Shown piece by piece: positions 33,929-46,200 of a DNA stretch of 64,000 bases. A model generated the notes under the pieces. The model worked only from the letters and a program-made list of their open reading frames with translations, was not told where the DNA came from and searched no databases. The DNA is from Ranitomeya imitator (lineage: Eukaryota): contig NC_091282.1 in assembly GCF_032444005.1 (NCBI RefSeq), positions 659,680,001 through 659,744,000 on the forward strand, written 5' to 3'. Within the stretch, counting starts at the first letter, position 1, and every line of letters starts with the position of its first letter. Made by a program: the position numbers and the translations under genes.

Positions 33929-35362
33929 TGTCATGATTCACACCGTGACCGTCACCCCCACGGGTCGGGGTGACTTTAGGCCAACAGACGGCTATTACAT
34001 GTGCAGGGGGGCTTATCTTAGTTATCCCTCCACTCCACAATGCGATGCAAAAAAAACACACACAAGGCTATTGACCTCTTAGTTTACAGCGGGGCTTATT
34101 CTAGGTATCCCACTGCTCTTCAATATACCACGAACTGCAGGGATTTATGTATATCCCACTTACAGTTCCACTTGAAACTTGCAGCTCTCTGGCGCCCCCC
34201 TTACTCTCAGGTCAGATTAGGTACTGCACCTGGGGTAATTAGTCGCCAGAAAGGCTGCCTGCTATGTACTGGCTATTGGGCACGCTTCAGTGACACGATA
34301 AACTACTCCCACTCAGGCATGAACAATAATTATCAACGCCGCAGTCGCTATAACGACACCCAAAGGCCCGCACACGGTATGCTGCCACCAGCTTCGATTA
34401 AACGGGTCGGAAGCTAACCCAAAACAGTAGCGTGATTCTTTTCAGGAGACTTAGGGTACGTTTTAGAACAGGAAGAACGAACTAGTAATTTATATATTTT
34501 ACTCCGTTAAAATTAAGGCAGTGTTTATAAAAAGTCATATAAAGATGTTACAATATGAGACAATTGTAAATATGTACAAGGTAATTATAAAAATAACAGG
34601 GGTTAAATGAGAAATAACACTTACATGTGTTCAGATCATGTGAGGCAACCAGGCTAGTGGAGTTTCCATCTGTCCCAGTGCATCAGGATACTGGTTAGCA
34701 ACAGCTCTTCAAGTCAGACTCACATAGGCTCCAGCAGACAGACTCACTGCTGGGGTCTGGCCAAAAACTTATAAACTGCCGCCTGTGACATCACAGAAAG
34801 GGCTGGCTTTCCCAGACCCTCCTACCTCTTCAGTTTAACTAAGTTTAACCTAAATTTGTCTAATGCCTGTAACTCCGCTACAGAACATGTCATAGTCATA
34901 ACAAACCCAGCATTCATCTCATATTAACATTGGCATTCTAATGAGATCAAATATGTCCTATTTGTGATGCATAATTACAGAGAAATCCCTACTTTTTATC
35001 TGATGGAGTTAGAAGCTCGTGTTTACAGCGGTTGACAGTTCCGCTGGGGACGTTAAGAGTAGGTATTTTCCTTTTTCTAGCCTAAATCGTTAGCCCAATA
35101 TCTTACAATAATAGAACAAAGACTCTCATGGATTCTGGAAACTTCTATACCAGTTTCTGCTGATGTAGTTGGGAGGGGGACGAGTAACTTTCTTCGAGCC
35201 TGGAATTTATGGCTAGGGCAATAAAACCCTCTTCTACCATACATTCCAACACAGAGACAAAGAGAGCCAGAGAGAGAAGGGGGATGGGGGGGTTTAGCCC
35301 CCCAGCATGGGCTGAAGGACAAAGCTACAACATCATATTATATTTCATACAATATCGTGACA
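33929..35362. mobile_element. Solo LTR-like element, 1434 bp
   Basis: Termini TGTCATGAT...ATCGTGACA; flanks CACCT/CTCCT (5-bp TSD with one mismatch); unique sequence interrupting the minisatellite. Confidence 0.65.
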
Positions 35363-37110
35363 CTCCTCTCCTGTATACCACCGTGTGCTGTATATTATTA
35401 CCCCCCCTGTATACCACTGTGTCCTGTACATTACCCCCTCCTGTATACCTCTGTGTCCTGTACATTATTACACCTCTCCTGTATACCACTATGAGCTGCA
35501 TATTATTACACCCTCCTGTATACCACCGTGTCCTGTACATTATTACCCCCTCCTGTATACCTCTGTGTCTTGTGCATTACACCCTTCCTGTATGCCTGTT
35601 TCCTGTACATTATTACCCCTTCCTGTGTACCTCTGTGCCCTGTACATTATTAAACCTCTCTGTATATCTCTGTGTCCTGTACATTATTACCCCCTCCTGT
35701 ATACCTCTGTGTCTTGTGCGTTACACCCTTCCTGTATGCCTGTTTCTTGTACATTATTACCCCTTCCTGTGTACCTCTTTGCCCTGTACATTATTACACC
35801 CCCTGGATACCACTGCGTGCTGTACATTATTACACCCCCCTGTATACCTCTGTGTTCTGTACATTATTACACCCCCCTGTATACCTCTGTGTTCTGTACA
35901 TTATTACACTCCCCTGTATACCTCTGTGTTCTGTACATTATTACACTCCCCTGTATACCTCTGTGTGCTGTACATTATTACACCCCTCCTGTATACCTGT
36001 GTCCTGTACATTAGTACCCCCTCCTGTGTACCTCTGTGCCCTGTACATTATTACACCACCCCTGTATACCTCTGTGTCCTGTACATTATTAAACCCCTCC
36101 TGGATACCTGTGTGGGCTGTACATTATTACACGCCTCCAGTATACCAATGTGTCCTATACATTATTACACCCCCTATCTACCTGTGTGCTGTACATTTAC
36201 ACCCCCTGTATAGCACTGTGACCTGTACATTATTACACCCCCTGTATACCTCTGTGTGTGCTGTACATTATTACAACCCCCTGTATATCACTGTGACCTG
36301 TACATTACACCCCCTGTATACCTCTGTGTGTGTGTGTTGTACATTATTACACCCCCTGTATACCACTGTGTGTTGTACATTATTACACACCCTTGTATAC
36401 CTCTGTGTGTTATACATTATTACATCCCTCCTGTATACAACTGTGTGCTGTACATCATTTCACCCTCCTGTATATCAGTGTCCTGTACATTACCCCCTCC
36501 TGTATACCTCTATATACTGAACATTATTACACCCCCATGTATACCTCTGTGTCCTGTACATTATTACACCCCCATATACCTTTCTGTCCTGTTCATTATT
36601 ACATCCCTGTATGCCTCTGTGTTCCATACATTACACCTCCTCCTGTATACCTGTGTCCAGTACAATATTACGCCCCTGTATACCTCTGTGCTGTACATTA
36701 TTGCACTTTCCTTGTATACCTGTGTGCTGTACATTATTACACCTCTCCTATATACCTCTGTGTCCTGTACATTATTATACCCTCCTGTATACCTCTGTGT
36801 CCTGTACATTATTACAACACTCCTGTATACATGTGTGTGCTGTACATTATTACACGCTCCTGTATACTTCTGTGTGCTGTACATTATTATACCCCTCCTG
36901 TATACTTGTGTGTGCTGTACTTTATTACACCTCTCTTGTATACCTCTGTGTGCTGTACATTATTACACGCTCCTGTATACCTCTGTCTCCTGTACATTAG
37001 TACACCACTTCTGTATACCTGTGTCTTGCACATTATTACGCCACTCCTGTATACCTCTGTGTCATGTACATTTACAGCCTCCTGTATACCTGTGTATGCT
37101 GTAAATTATT
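35363..37110. repeat. Continuation of ppox intron 1 minisatellite
   Basis: Same CTGTACATTATTACACC unit family. Confidence 0.9.
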
Positions 37111-37145
37111 ACACTTTTTTTGTTACAGGCACATTAGATCTCTGG

Positions 37146-37232
37146 ATGCAGAGGACAGTGGTGGTCGCGGGCGGTGGGATCAGCGGACTGACCGCCTGTT
37201 ACCACCTGGTTAAGGATGGCGGAGTGTCTAAG
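37146..37232 (+). CDS. ppox: ppox coding exon 1
   Basis: Acceptor ttacag/ at 37128, ATG 37146, [15 protein letters not shown], /GTAAGC donor. Confidence 0.93.
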
Positions 37233-40200
37233 GTAAGCAAGGAAAGGGGCGTTTTTATCCTTGATTGTCATCTCCCAGTCGATGACTCTCTAAATTGCGC
37301 CATAGGTGATATTATTGGAGGGCAGCAGCAGACTCGGCGGGTGGATGCGTACCACACGGACTGAAGATGGCGCTGTGTTTGAACATGGACCCCGCGGGAT
37401 GCGGCCAGGAGGAGTGGTGGGGAGAAATACGCTGAGTATGGTGAGAGAATCAATATGCCGGCCACACCAGTCATCAGCCAAATATGCCTCATTGGTACAC
37501 TGTAACGACCCTGAAGCTCTTATAGTGATCCCATGTCTGACATCTTTTTTTCCTGCAGATCTCAGAGCTGGGACTTGAAGCAGATCTTCTTCCCGTGCTA
37601 AGGAGTCAACCGGCCGCCAAAAACCGCTACCTCTACGTCAACAAGTCACTACACAAGCTGCCGTCCAGTATAGGGTGAGTGCCTTCCGATGTCCAAATAT
37701 TACGTCACATCACAGGAAATACTACATTCACCTGCTTGTGTAATTATAGGGGCATCCTGCGTACCATCCCCCCCTTTTCAAGACCTCTATTCTTATGCGG
37801 TCTCCGGGACCTGACAGCCCCTCGAGGAACAAAGGAAGATGAGACCATCCATGATTTCTTCTCACGCCGGTTTGGAAAAGAGGTGACAATCCTATATATA
37901 GAGGGTGGTGTTATAATAGTTATATTCATCTACATAGTATTATAGCAGTTATATTCTTGTACATAGGAGCAGTATTATAGTAGTTATATTCTTGTACATA
38001 GGAGCAGTATTATAGTAGTTATATTCTTGTACATAGGGGCAGTATTATAGTAGTTATATTCTTGTACATAGGGGGCAGTATTATAGTAGTTATATTCTTG
38101 TACATAGGGGGCAGTATTATAATAGTTATATTCTTGTACATAGGGGCAGTATTATAGTAGTTATATTCTTGTACATAGGAGCAGTATTATAGTAGTTATA
38201 TTCTTGTACATAGGGGGCAATATTATAGTAGTTATATTCTTGTACATAGGAGCAGTATTATAGTAGTTATATTTTTGTGCGTAGAGGGCAGTATTATAGT
38301 AGTTATTCTTGTACATAGGGGAAGTATTATAGAAGTAATATTCTTGTACATATGGGCAGTATTATAGTAGTTATATTCTTGTACATAGGAGCAGTATTAA
38401 GCTGCTGTCACACTAGCAATATCTGGTCAGTATTTTACATCAGTATTTGTAAGCCAAAACCATGACTGGGTGATAAATGCAGAAGTGGTGCATATGTTTG
38501 TGTTATACTTTTCCTCTATTTGTTCCACTCCTGGTTTTGGCTTACAAATACTGATGTAAAATACTGACCAAATACTGCTAATGTGACGGCAGCCTTATAG
38601 TAGTTATATTCTTGTACATAGGGGCAGTATTATAGTAGTTATATTCTTGTACATAGGGGCAGTATTATAGTAGTTATATTCTTGTACATAGGGGCAGTAT
38701 TATCATAGTTATATTCTTGTACATAGGAGCAGTATTATAGTAGTCATATTCTTGTACATAGGAGCAGTATTATAGTAGTTATATCCTTGTACATAGGGGC
38801 AGTATTATAGTAGTTATATTCTTGTACATAGGAGCAGTGTTATAGTAGTTATATTCTTGTACATAGGAGCAGTATTATAGTAGTTATATCCTTGTACATA
38901 GGGGCAGTATTATAGTAGTTATATTCTTGTACATAGGAGGCAGTATTATAGTAGTTATATCCTTGTACATAGGGGCAGCATTATAGTAGTTATATTCTTG
39001 TACATAGGAGCAGTGTTATAGTAGTTATATTCTTGTACATAGGAGCAGTATTATAGTAGTTATATTCTTGTACATAGGGGCAGTATTATAGTAGTTACAT
39101 TCTTGTACATAGGAGCAGTATTATAGTAGTTATATTCTTGTACATAGGGGCAGTATTATAGTAGTTATATTCTTGTACATAGGAGCAGTATTATAGTAGT
39201 TATATTCTTGTACATAAGGGCTGTATTATTGTAGTTATATTCTTGTACATAGGAGCAGTATTATAGTAGTTATATTCTTGTACATAGGAGCAGTATTATA
39301 GTAGTTATATTCTTGTACATAGGAGCAGTATTATAGTAGTTATATTCCTGTACATAGGGGCAGTATTATAGTAGTTATATTCTTGTACATAGGAGCAGTA
39401 TTATAGTAGTTATATTCCTGTACATAGGGGCAGTATTATAGTAGGTATATTCTTGTACATAGGAGCAGTATTATTGTAGTTATATTCTTGTACATAGGAG
39501 CAGTATTATAGTAGTTATATTCCTGTACATAGGGGCAGTATTATAGTAGTTATATTCTTGTACATAGGAGCAGTATTATAGTAGTTATATTCTTGTACAT
39601 AAGGGCTGTATTATTGTAGTTATATTCTTGTACATAGGAGCAGTATTATAGTAGTTATATTCTTGTACATAGGAGCAGTATTATAGTAGTTATATTCTTG
39701 TACATAGGAGCAGTATTATAGTAGTTATATTCCTGTACATAGGGGCAGTATTATAGTAGTTATATTCTTGTACATAGGAGCAGTATTATAGTAGTTATAT
39801 TCCTGTACATAGGGGCAGTATTATAGTAGGTATATTCTTGTACATAGGAGCAGTATTATTGTAGTTATATTCTTGTACATAGGAGCAGTATTATAGTAGT
39901 TATATTCCTGTACATAGGGGCAGTATTATAGTAGTTATATTCTTGTACATAGGAGCAGTATTATAGTAGTTATATTCTTGTACATAGGGGCAGTATTATA
40001 GTAGTTATATTCTTGTACATAGGAGCAGTATTATAGTAGTTACATTCTTGTTCATAAGGGCTGTATTATTGTAGTTATATTCTTGTACATAGGGGCAGTA
40101 TTATAGTAGTTATATGCTTGTACATAGGAGCAGTATTATAGTAGTTATATTCTTGTACATTGGGGGCAATATTATAGTAGTTATATTCTTGTACATAGGG

Positions 40201-43200
40201 GCAGTATTATAGTAGTTATATTCTTGTACATAGGGGCAGTATTATAGTAGTTATATGCTTGTACATAGGAGCAGTATTATAGTAGTTATATTGTACATTG
40301 GGGCAATATTATAGTAGTTATATTCTTGTACATAGGAGCAGTATTATAGTAGTTATATTCTTGTACATAGGAGCAGTATTATAGTAGTTATATTTTTGTG
40401 CGTAGAGGGCAGTATTATAGTAGTTATTGTACATAGGGGAAGTATTATAGAAGTAATATTCTTGTACATATGGGCAGTATTATAGTAGTTATATTCTTGT
40501 ACATAGAAGCAGTATTAAGCGGCTGTCACACTAGCAATATTTGGTCAGTATTTTACATCAGTATTTGTAAGCCAAAACCAGGACTGGGTGATAAATGCAG
40601 AAGTGGTGCATATGTTTGTGTTATACTTTTCCTCTATTTGTTCCACTCCTGGTTTTGGCTTACAAATACTGATGTAAAATACTGACCAAATACTGCTAGT
40701 GTGACGGCAGCCTTATAGTAGTTATATTCTTGTACATAGCAGCAGTATTATTGTAGTTATATTCTTGTACATAGGGGGCAGTATTATAGTAGTTATATTC
40801 TTGTACATAGGAGTATTATAGTAGTTATATTCTTGTACATAGGGGCAGTATTATAGTAGTTATATTCTTATACATAGGGGGGCAGTATTATAGTAGTTAT
40901 ATTCTTGTACATAGGGGCAGTATTATAGTAGTTATATTCTTATACATAGGGGGGCAGTATTATAGTAGTTATATTCTTGTACATAGCAGCAGTATTATTG
41001 TAGTTATATTCTTGTACATAGGGGGCAGTATTATAGTAGTTATATTCTTGTACATAGGAGTATTATAGTAGTTATATTCTTGTACATAGGGGCAGTATTA
41101 TAGTAGTTATATTCTTATACATAGGGGGGCAGTATTATAGTAGTTATATTCTTGTACATAGGCGCAGTGTTATAGTAGAAACACCAAATAATATTCCTAC
41201 CAGGGTCATGAAGGAAATCATATAATACTACCGAAAAAGGACCTTCACACAAAGACCAAAATATAAAAACATATATAGTCTTTATTGAAACAAATCATTA
41301 AAAGCATACAATAAATAAATAATGCGACAGTAACCACTGATGCAGGACAGAAACAGTGGGACCCATACAGGAACCAACCTCAAAAAACAACAGTAGTACA
41401 GTGACAATAAACGGCTGGGTATAAGGAAATGGACATATATAATTAGGTAAAATACATCTAAAATGAATACGAGCCCTATAAGAGGAAATAGGCATGTATG
41501 ACAAATAGACCAAAGATCTAAAGTAAACCCAGACACATGATGGAAATACAGACTACTGCAAATAAAGTGATAAAGGCATAGTTACCTAGAGGAGGAACCC
41601 AGGGACCCATCTGTCCTGCATCAGTGGTTACTGTCGCATTATTTATTTATTGTATGCTTTTAATGATTTGTTTCAATAAAGACTATATATGTTTTTATAT
41701 TTTAGTCTTTGTGTGAAGGTCCTTTTTCGGTATTATGCAGTGTTATAGTAGTTATATTCTTGTACATAGAAGCAGTATTATAGTAGTTATATTCTTGTAC
41801 ATAGGGGCAGTATTATAGTAGTTATATTCTTGTACATAGGGGGCAGTATTATAGTAGTTATATTCTTGTACATAGGGGCAGTATTATAGTAGTTATATTC
41901 TTGTACATTGGGGCAGTATTATAGTAGTTATATTCTTGTACATAGGGGCAGTATTATAGTAGTTATATTCTTGTACATAGGAGCAGTATTATAGTAGTTA
42001 TATTATACATAGGGAGCAGTATTATAGTAGTTATATTCTTGTACGTAGGAGCAGTATTATATTAGTTATATTCTTGTACATAGGAGCAGTATTATTGTAG
42101 TTATATTCTTGTACATAGGGGCAGTATTATCTATATATAATTGTCTAAGGAGTACTTTCGTCTATTGGTCTGTCTCTCTGTAACGGAAATCCCGCGTTGC
42201 TGATTGGTCGCGGCCGGCCAGCCGCGACCAATCAGCGACGGGCACAGTCCGGCCGCGAATTTGCCCTTCCCCACTCCCCTCCAGTCAGTGCCCCCTCCCT
42301 ACTCCCCAGTCAGTGCCCCCTCCCTACTCCCCAGTCCGTGCCCCGATAGCATTTTAGCAGTCCGTTAAACCGACTGCGTTACAACGCGGCATAACGCGGT
42401 GTAACGCACTCTGTTAACGCTGCTATTAACCCTATCAAAAACCTCCCAAAAATGGACACAGTACCAAAGTATCAAAAACCACTGTATTAGGGGCGTGGCT
42501 TGCAAGGGACTGGGAGCAGACCTGTGTCACAGGAGCTCCTGCTAAATCCCTTATTATAAGCGGCAATTTGCTTACTTTTCTGGGAAGAAAGTGCTTAAAA
42601 CTTATGCTAAAGAGTCCAGGACTTGGATACATAATGGAAAAATCGGCTTTCAAGAAGGCACAAGCAACTCAGGGACGTGCGGTCCCCAGCCGCGGCCTTG
42701 CTGCAGGACTGCACAGTAGGGAGGACGAGAGGCTGCACTCATCGGTGCTTTCAAGCCCCAGTTCAAGACCCAGACCAAGCTCATCCACGGGTGGACTCCT
42801 GGACAGACTCCCGTCCACAGCGGCTCCCGCTCTGAAAATTACAAGGCCCTCCGGTTTCCCCACAAGAATTGGAGCGACTTGCCTGGATAGGCCCAAAGCC
42901 ACGGTCTCGCCTAAACTGACGAGGCCGGGAAGCAGGAGAGGGGAGGAGACCACGCCCACAGACCTGCCCTCGGCTCCGCCCGCGACACGCAGCGGCGCCG
43001 CCCCTTGAGGACGGAGCCGCAACCAAGCAGCGGCGAAGACATCAGGTGAGCCGATGCCTCACTCACCCAGAGCTGCAGGACTACCGGGACCCTTCGTTCG
43101 CCGCTCACAAGCCAGCGCGACTTCCAGGATCAGACTGCAGGCGCCGGGGAGAAGAGACGGAGCTGGAGCCCCGCCCACAACTCCGCCCACATCTAGCGGC

Positions 43201-46200
43201 GGTACCGCTCCTGGAGAGGAGAGATCTGCCGCAGCTGCAAGTGGAAAGTCAGGTGAGCTCTTAAAGCAAGCGTCACCCACTCTGAAGCCTCTTAGACCCT
43301 CTGCCCCAGCCCCCCAGACCGGCACAACACCTAGGATCATAGCGGCAGCTGCGTCTATGTCGGCGGGGAGGGGGAGCAGGGGAAGGGAGGAAACTCCGCC
43401 CACTAATCGGCACACAGCTTGTAACATGAACATTACATCCAGGGATGCAGGGATAAAAGCTGTCAGCCGAGTACTAAATTATGACGCCCCAGAATTTGTG
43501 CCCCATTCCAGTAACCAGATGATGGAGGGGGCTTAAAACTGTCATCCCAAAAGCATTCACGGCCAAACCGGAAGGTGCATTATATTCAAGTTACAATACA
43601 CTAAATGCACAAGAGCAGAGTCCTAATGACTCTTCCAACAAGAAGGGGGGGAGGATCCCATCTCAAAGTCTTCATGCTCTTCCCCTGTTATGGAGGAGAA
43701 AATAGCTCTCACTATAGCGTCTATAGACAATATGATGAGCGATTTCTGCGACAACTTTAACAAAAAATTGAAGGAACAATTACAATTCCGATTACCAGAT
43801 TCAGTTTTTTTTTTTTAAACCACCAAATTCGGGATCTTCCTATTCGGATACAGCATCAGAGTCATACATAAAAGATGCGTTGACCTCTATTGCGGAAAGC
43901 TTGGGTTCCTCCTCATCTTTATCTTCTTCAAGATCATCTGTCTGCGATCATTATTCTTCATCTACACATGACTCACACGAACCCTCTGTAGTCTCTTCGG
44001 ACAGTAGTGTGGAGGACTTTTCCCCTGAGCGTAGTGATCTTCCCCACTCAGATACCTTTCCAACTCTTAACATGTCCTCTGCCTTACTAGACAGTATGCA
44101 AAGAGACATAGACTCACTCAAACGTAACCTGGCGACTCTCGAGGATCACAGACGTAGAAATAACGTGAAGATTAGGGGCGTCCCGGAATCCATTAAACCC
44201 CCTCATTTGAAAAACTACGTTCACAAAATGATTTCTAAATTCTTTCCTGACCTTAATGATCCCAATATTATAGAAAGAGTCTACAGAATTAAAAGACCTG
44301 TGTACCTCCCATCAGATGTGCCAAGAGACATTATTGTCTCCTTTTTTCCAGCCTGGGTCAGGGGTAAACTGTTTGACCTCTCCTCCGAAAAAAGTTTTCT
44401 GCTCTCCCCTTGTGGCCACCTAACATTTTTCAGAGACTTGTCTAAGGATACCTTGAAAAAACGACGTGATTTTTCATCCATCACTCGGGAACTCCGGAGG
44501 TCCCATTTTGCGTATTCATGGTCGCCCTCCTCCACTATTTTGGTGAAACTTCTGACTGGAACTGAACATATTGCAACTCCGGAGGAGGGTATGATCTTTC
44601 TGCAGAGACATGGTCTGAATCCTCCTAGATTCCCCACCGCTCCTACTTGACCTGGAGTCCTGTCCCATATATAAAATCATTTATTATTACTACGCTTATA
44701 AGTCAAATTTATTTTTCTTCCCAACAATTAGCCTTGATACTGAGCCGGACTTTTTGCCCACATTGTCACGGGACCATCAGGAGGTGTTCCCGAACACGAC
44801 AAGCTACTATCTGCGTTATATTAAGCTTAGAGTCCATGACGGGCACTCTATTTTTATAGCCTACCTTCTAATGTTTATTTGGCGAATCTGTACAAAGCAT
44901 TACTCATGTTAGTTTATAGCCTACCATGTCATTTTATTTTATGCAAAAAAAAAGGGAAGAAGCCAGCACTGCTTATGGTCAGAACGCAATAACTGAAGTG
45001 CAATTGCACATAAATTCTAACTGTATTTCAAATATGAGACATTTAGCAAACAATTGATCAATTCTTTGAGCTACCCCGCCACTTCACGGCAATCTCATAA
45101 TGGGGCAGTCCTAATCTTCGTATTTTATTTACGTTGTGCCATTATGGCTTCCTGAATGTATAAAAAAAAAAAAAAAAAAAAAGGACCACATTAAATGCGA
45201 ACTGTACCTGGAGCATTTTCAGAATCACTCCCTTGGTGCCAGGAAAGGCAAGCGCAGGTAAAGGCCGATCAGGTCCAGTGCGGACATTTCAGATCTGGCA
45301 TCCACACTGCCAAACCCGCACCAAAGATGAAGGGTGAGACAGGCTGAGACACAGGTGCACAACTAACTTGAGCCTGAGGCGGGGCAGGGCTGCTGTGTGT
45401 GTGCACAGCAGCCTATCAATCACAGTGAACACAGAAAGAATGGCGCACATAACCCAGCGTGCGCGGCAACAGTGGTGGTCAGCCACATACCAATGCAAAG
45501 CAAAAAAAAAGGGAAGAAGCCAGCACTGCTTATGGTCAGAACGCAATAACTGAAGTGCAATTGCACATAAATTCTAACTGTATTTCAAATATGAGACATT
45601 TAGCAAACAATTGATCAATTCTTTGAGCTACCCCGCCACTTCACGGCAATCTCATAATGGGGCAGTCCTAATCTTCGTATTTTATTTACGTTGTGCCATT
45701 ATGGCTTCCTGAATGTATAAAAAAAAAAAAAAAAAAAAAAAAAGGACCACATTTTTTTATACATTCAGGAAGCCATAATGGCACAACGTAAATAAAATAC
45801 GAAGATTAGGACTGCCCCATTATGAGATTGCCGTGAAGTGGCGGGGTAGCTCAAAGAATTGATCAATTGTTTGCTAAATGTCTCATATTTGAAATACAGT
45901 TAGAATTTATGTGCAATTGCACTTCAGTTATTGCGTTCTGACCATAAGCAGTGCTGGCTTCTTCCCTTTTTTTTTATTTTATTTTATGACAGAACTAGAT
46001 GTTTACTTAGCGAATCTTCACAAAGCATTACTTATACTATCCTATAGCCTACTATGTACATCATTTAAGCTATTATGTTTACACTAATCTACTATATGTT
46101 TGCCTGTTTCCCCTATTGTTATAGGGGCTTATTTTCCCTACCTCCATATCCCACCCTTCCTCTCCGTCCCTTCCTAGCTTTTCCTGCCCGGTTAAAAAGT

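Larger units (their letters stand above)
37940..42129. repeat. 35-bp minisatellite (GTATTATAGTAGTTATATTCTTGTACATAGGAGCA) in ppox intron 5, left part
   Basis: Tandem copies interrupted by two MITEs and one foldback insertion; the array resumes at 50512-50662 and 51318-52205. Confidence 0.95.

Noticed and set aside
25715-37364. Cys/Tyr/Pro-rich ORFs of 200-540 aa
   Set aside because: Translations of the intron 1 minisatellite in all three plus frames; only the last codons of the 36330 ORF overlap real ppox coding sequence.
42568-43536. GC-rich ORFs in the L1-like 5' region as host genes
   Set aside because: Low complexity, overlapping on both strands, no recognisable domain; treated as part of the element.
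45075-45115. Second hammerhead candidate (CCCCATTATGAGATTGCCGTGAAGTGGCGGGG on minus)
   Set aside because: Core differs from CUGANGA at three positions with no compensation, no stem II pairing and no GAAA.
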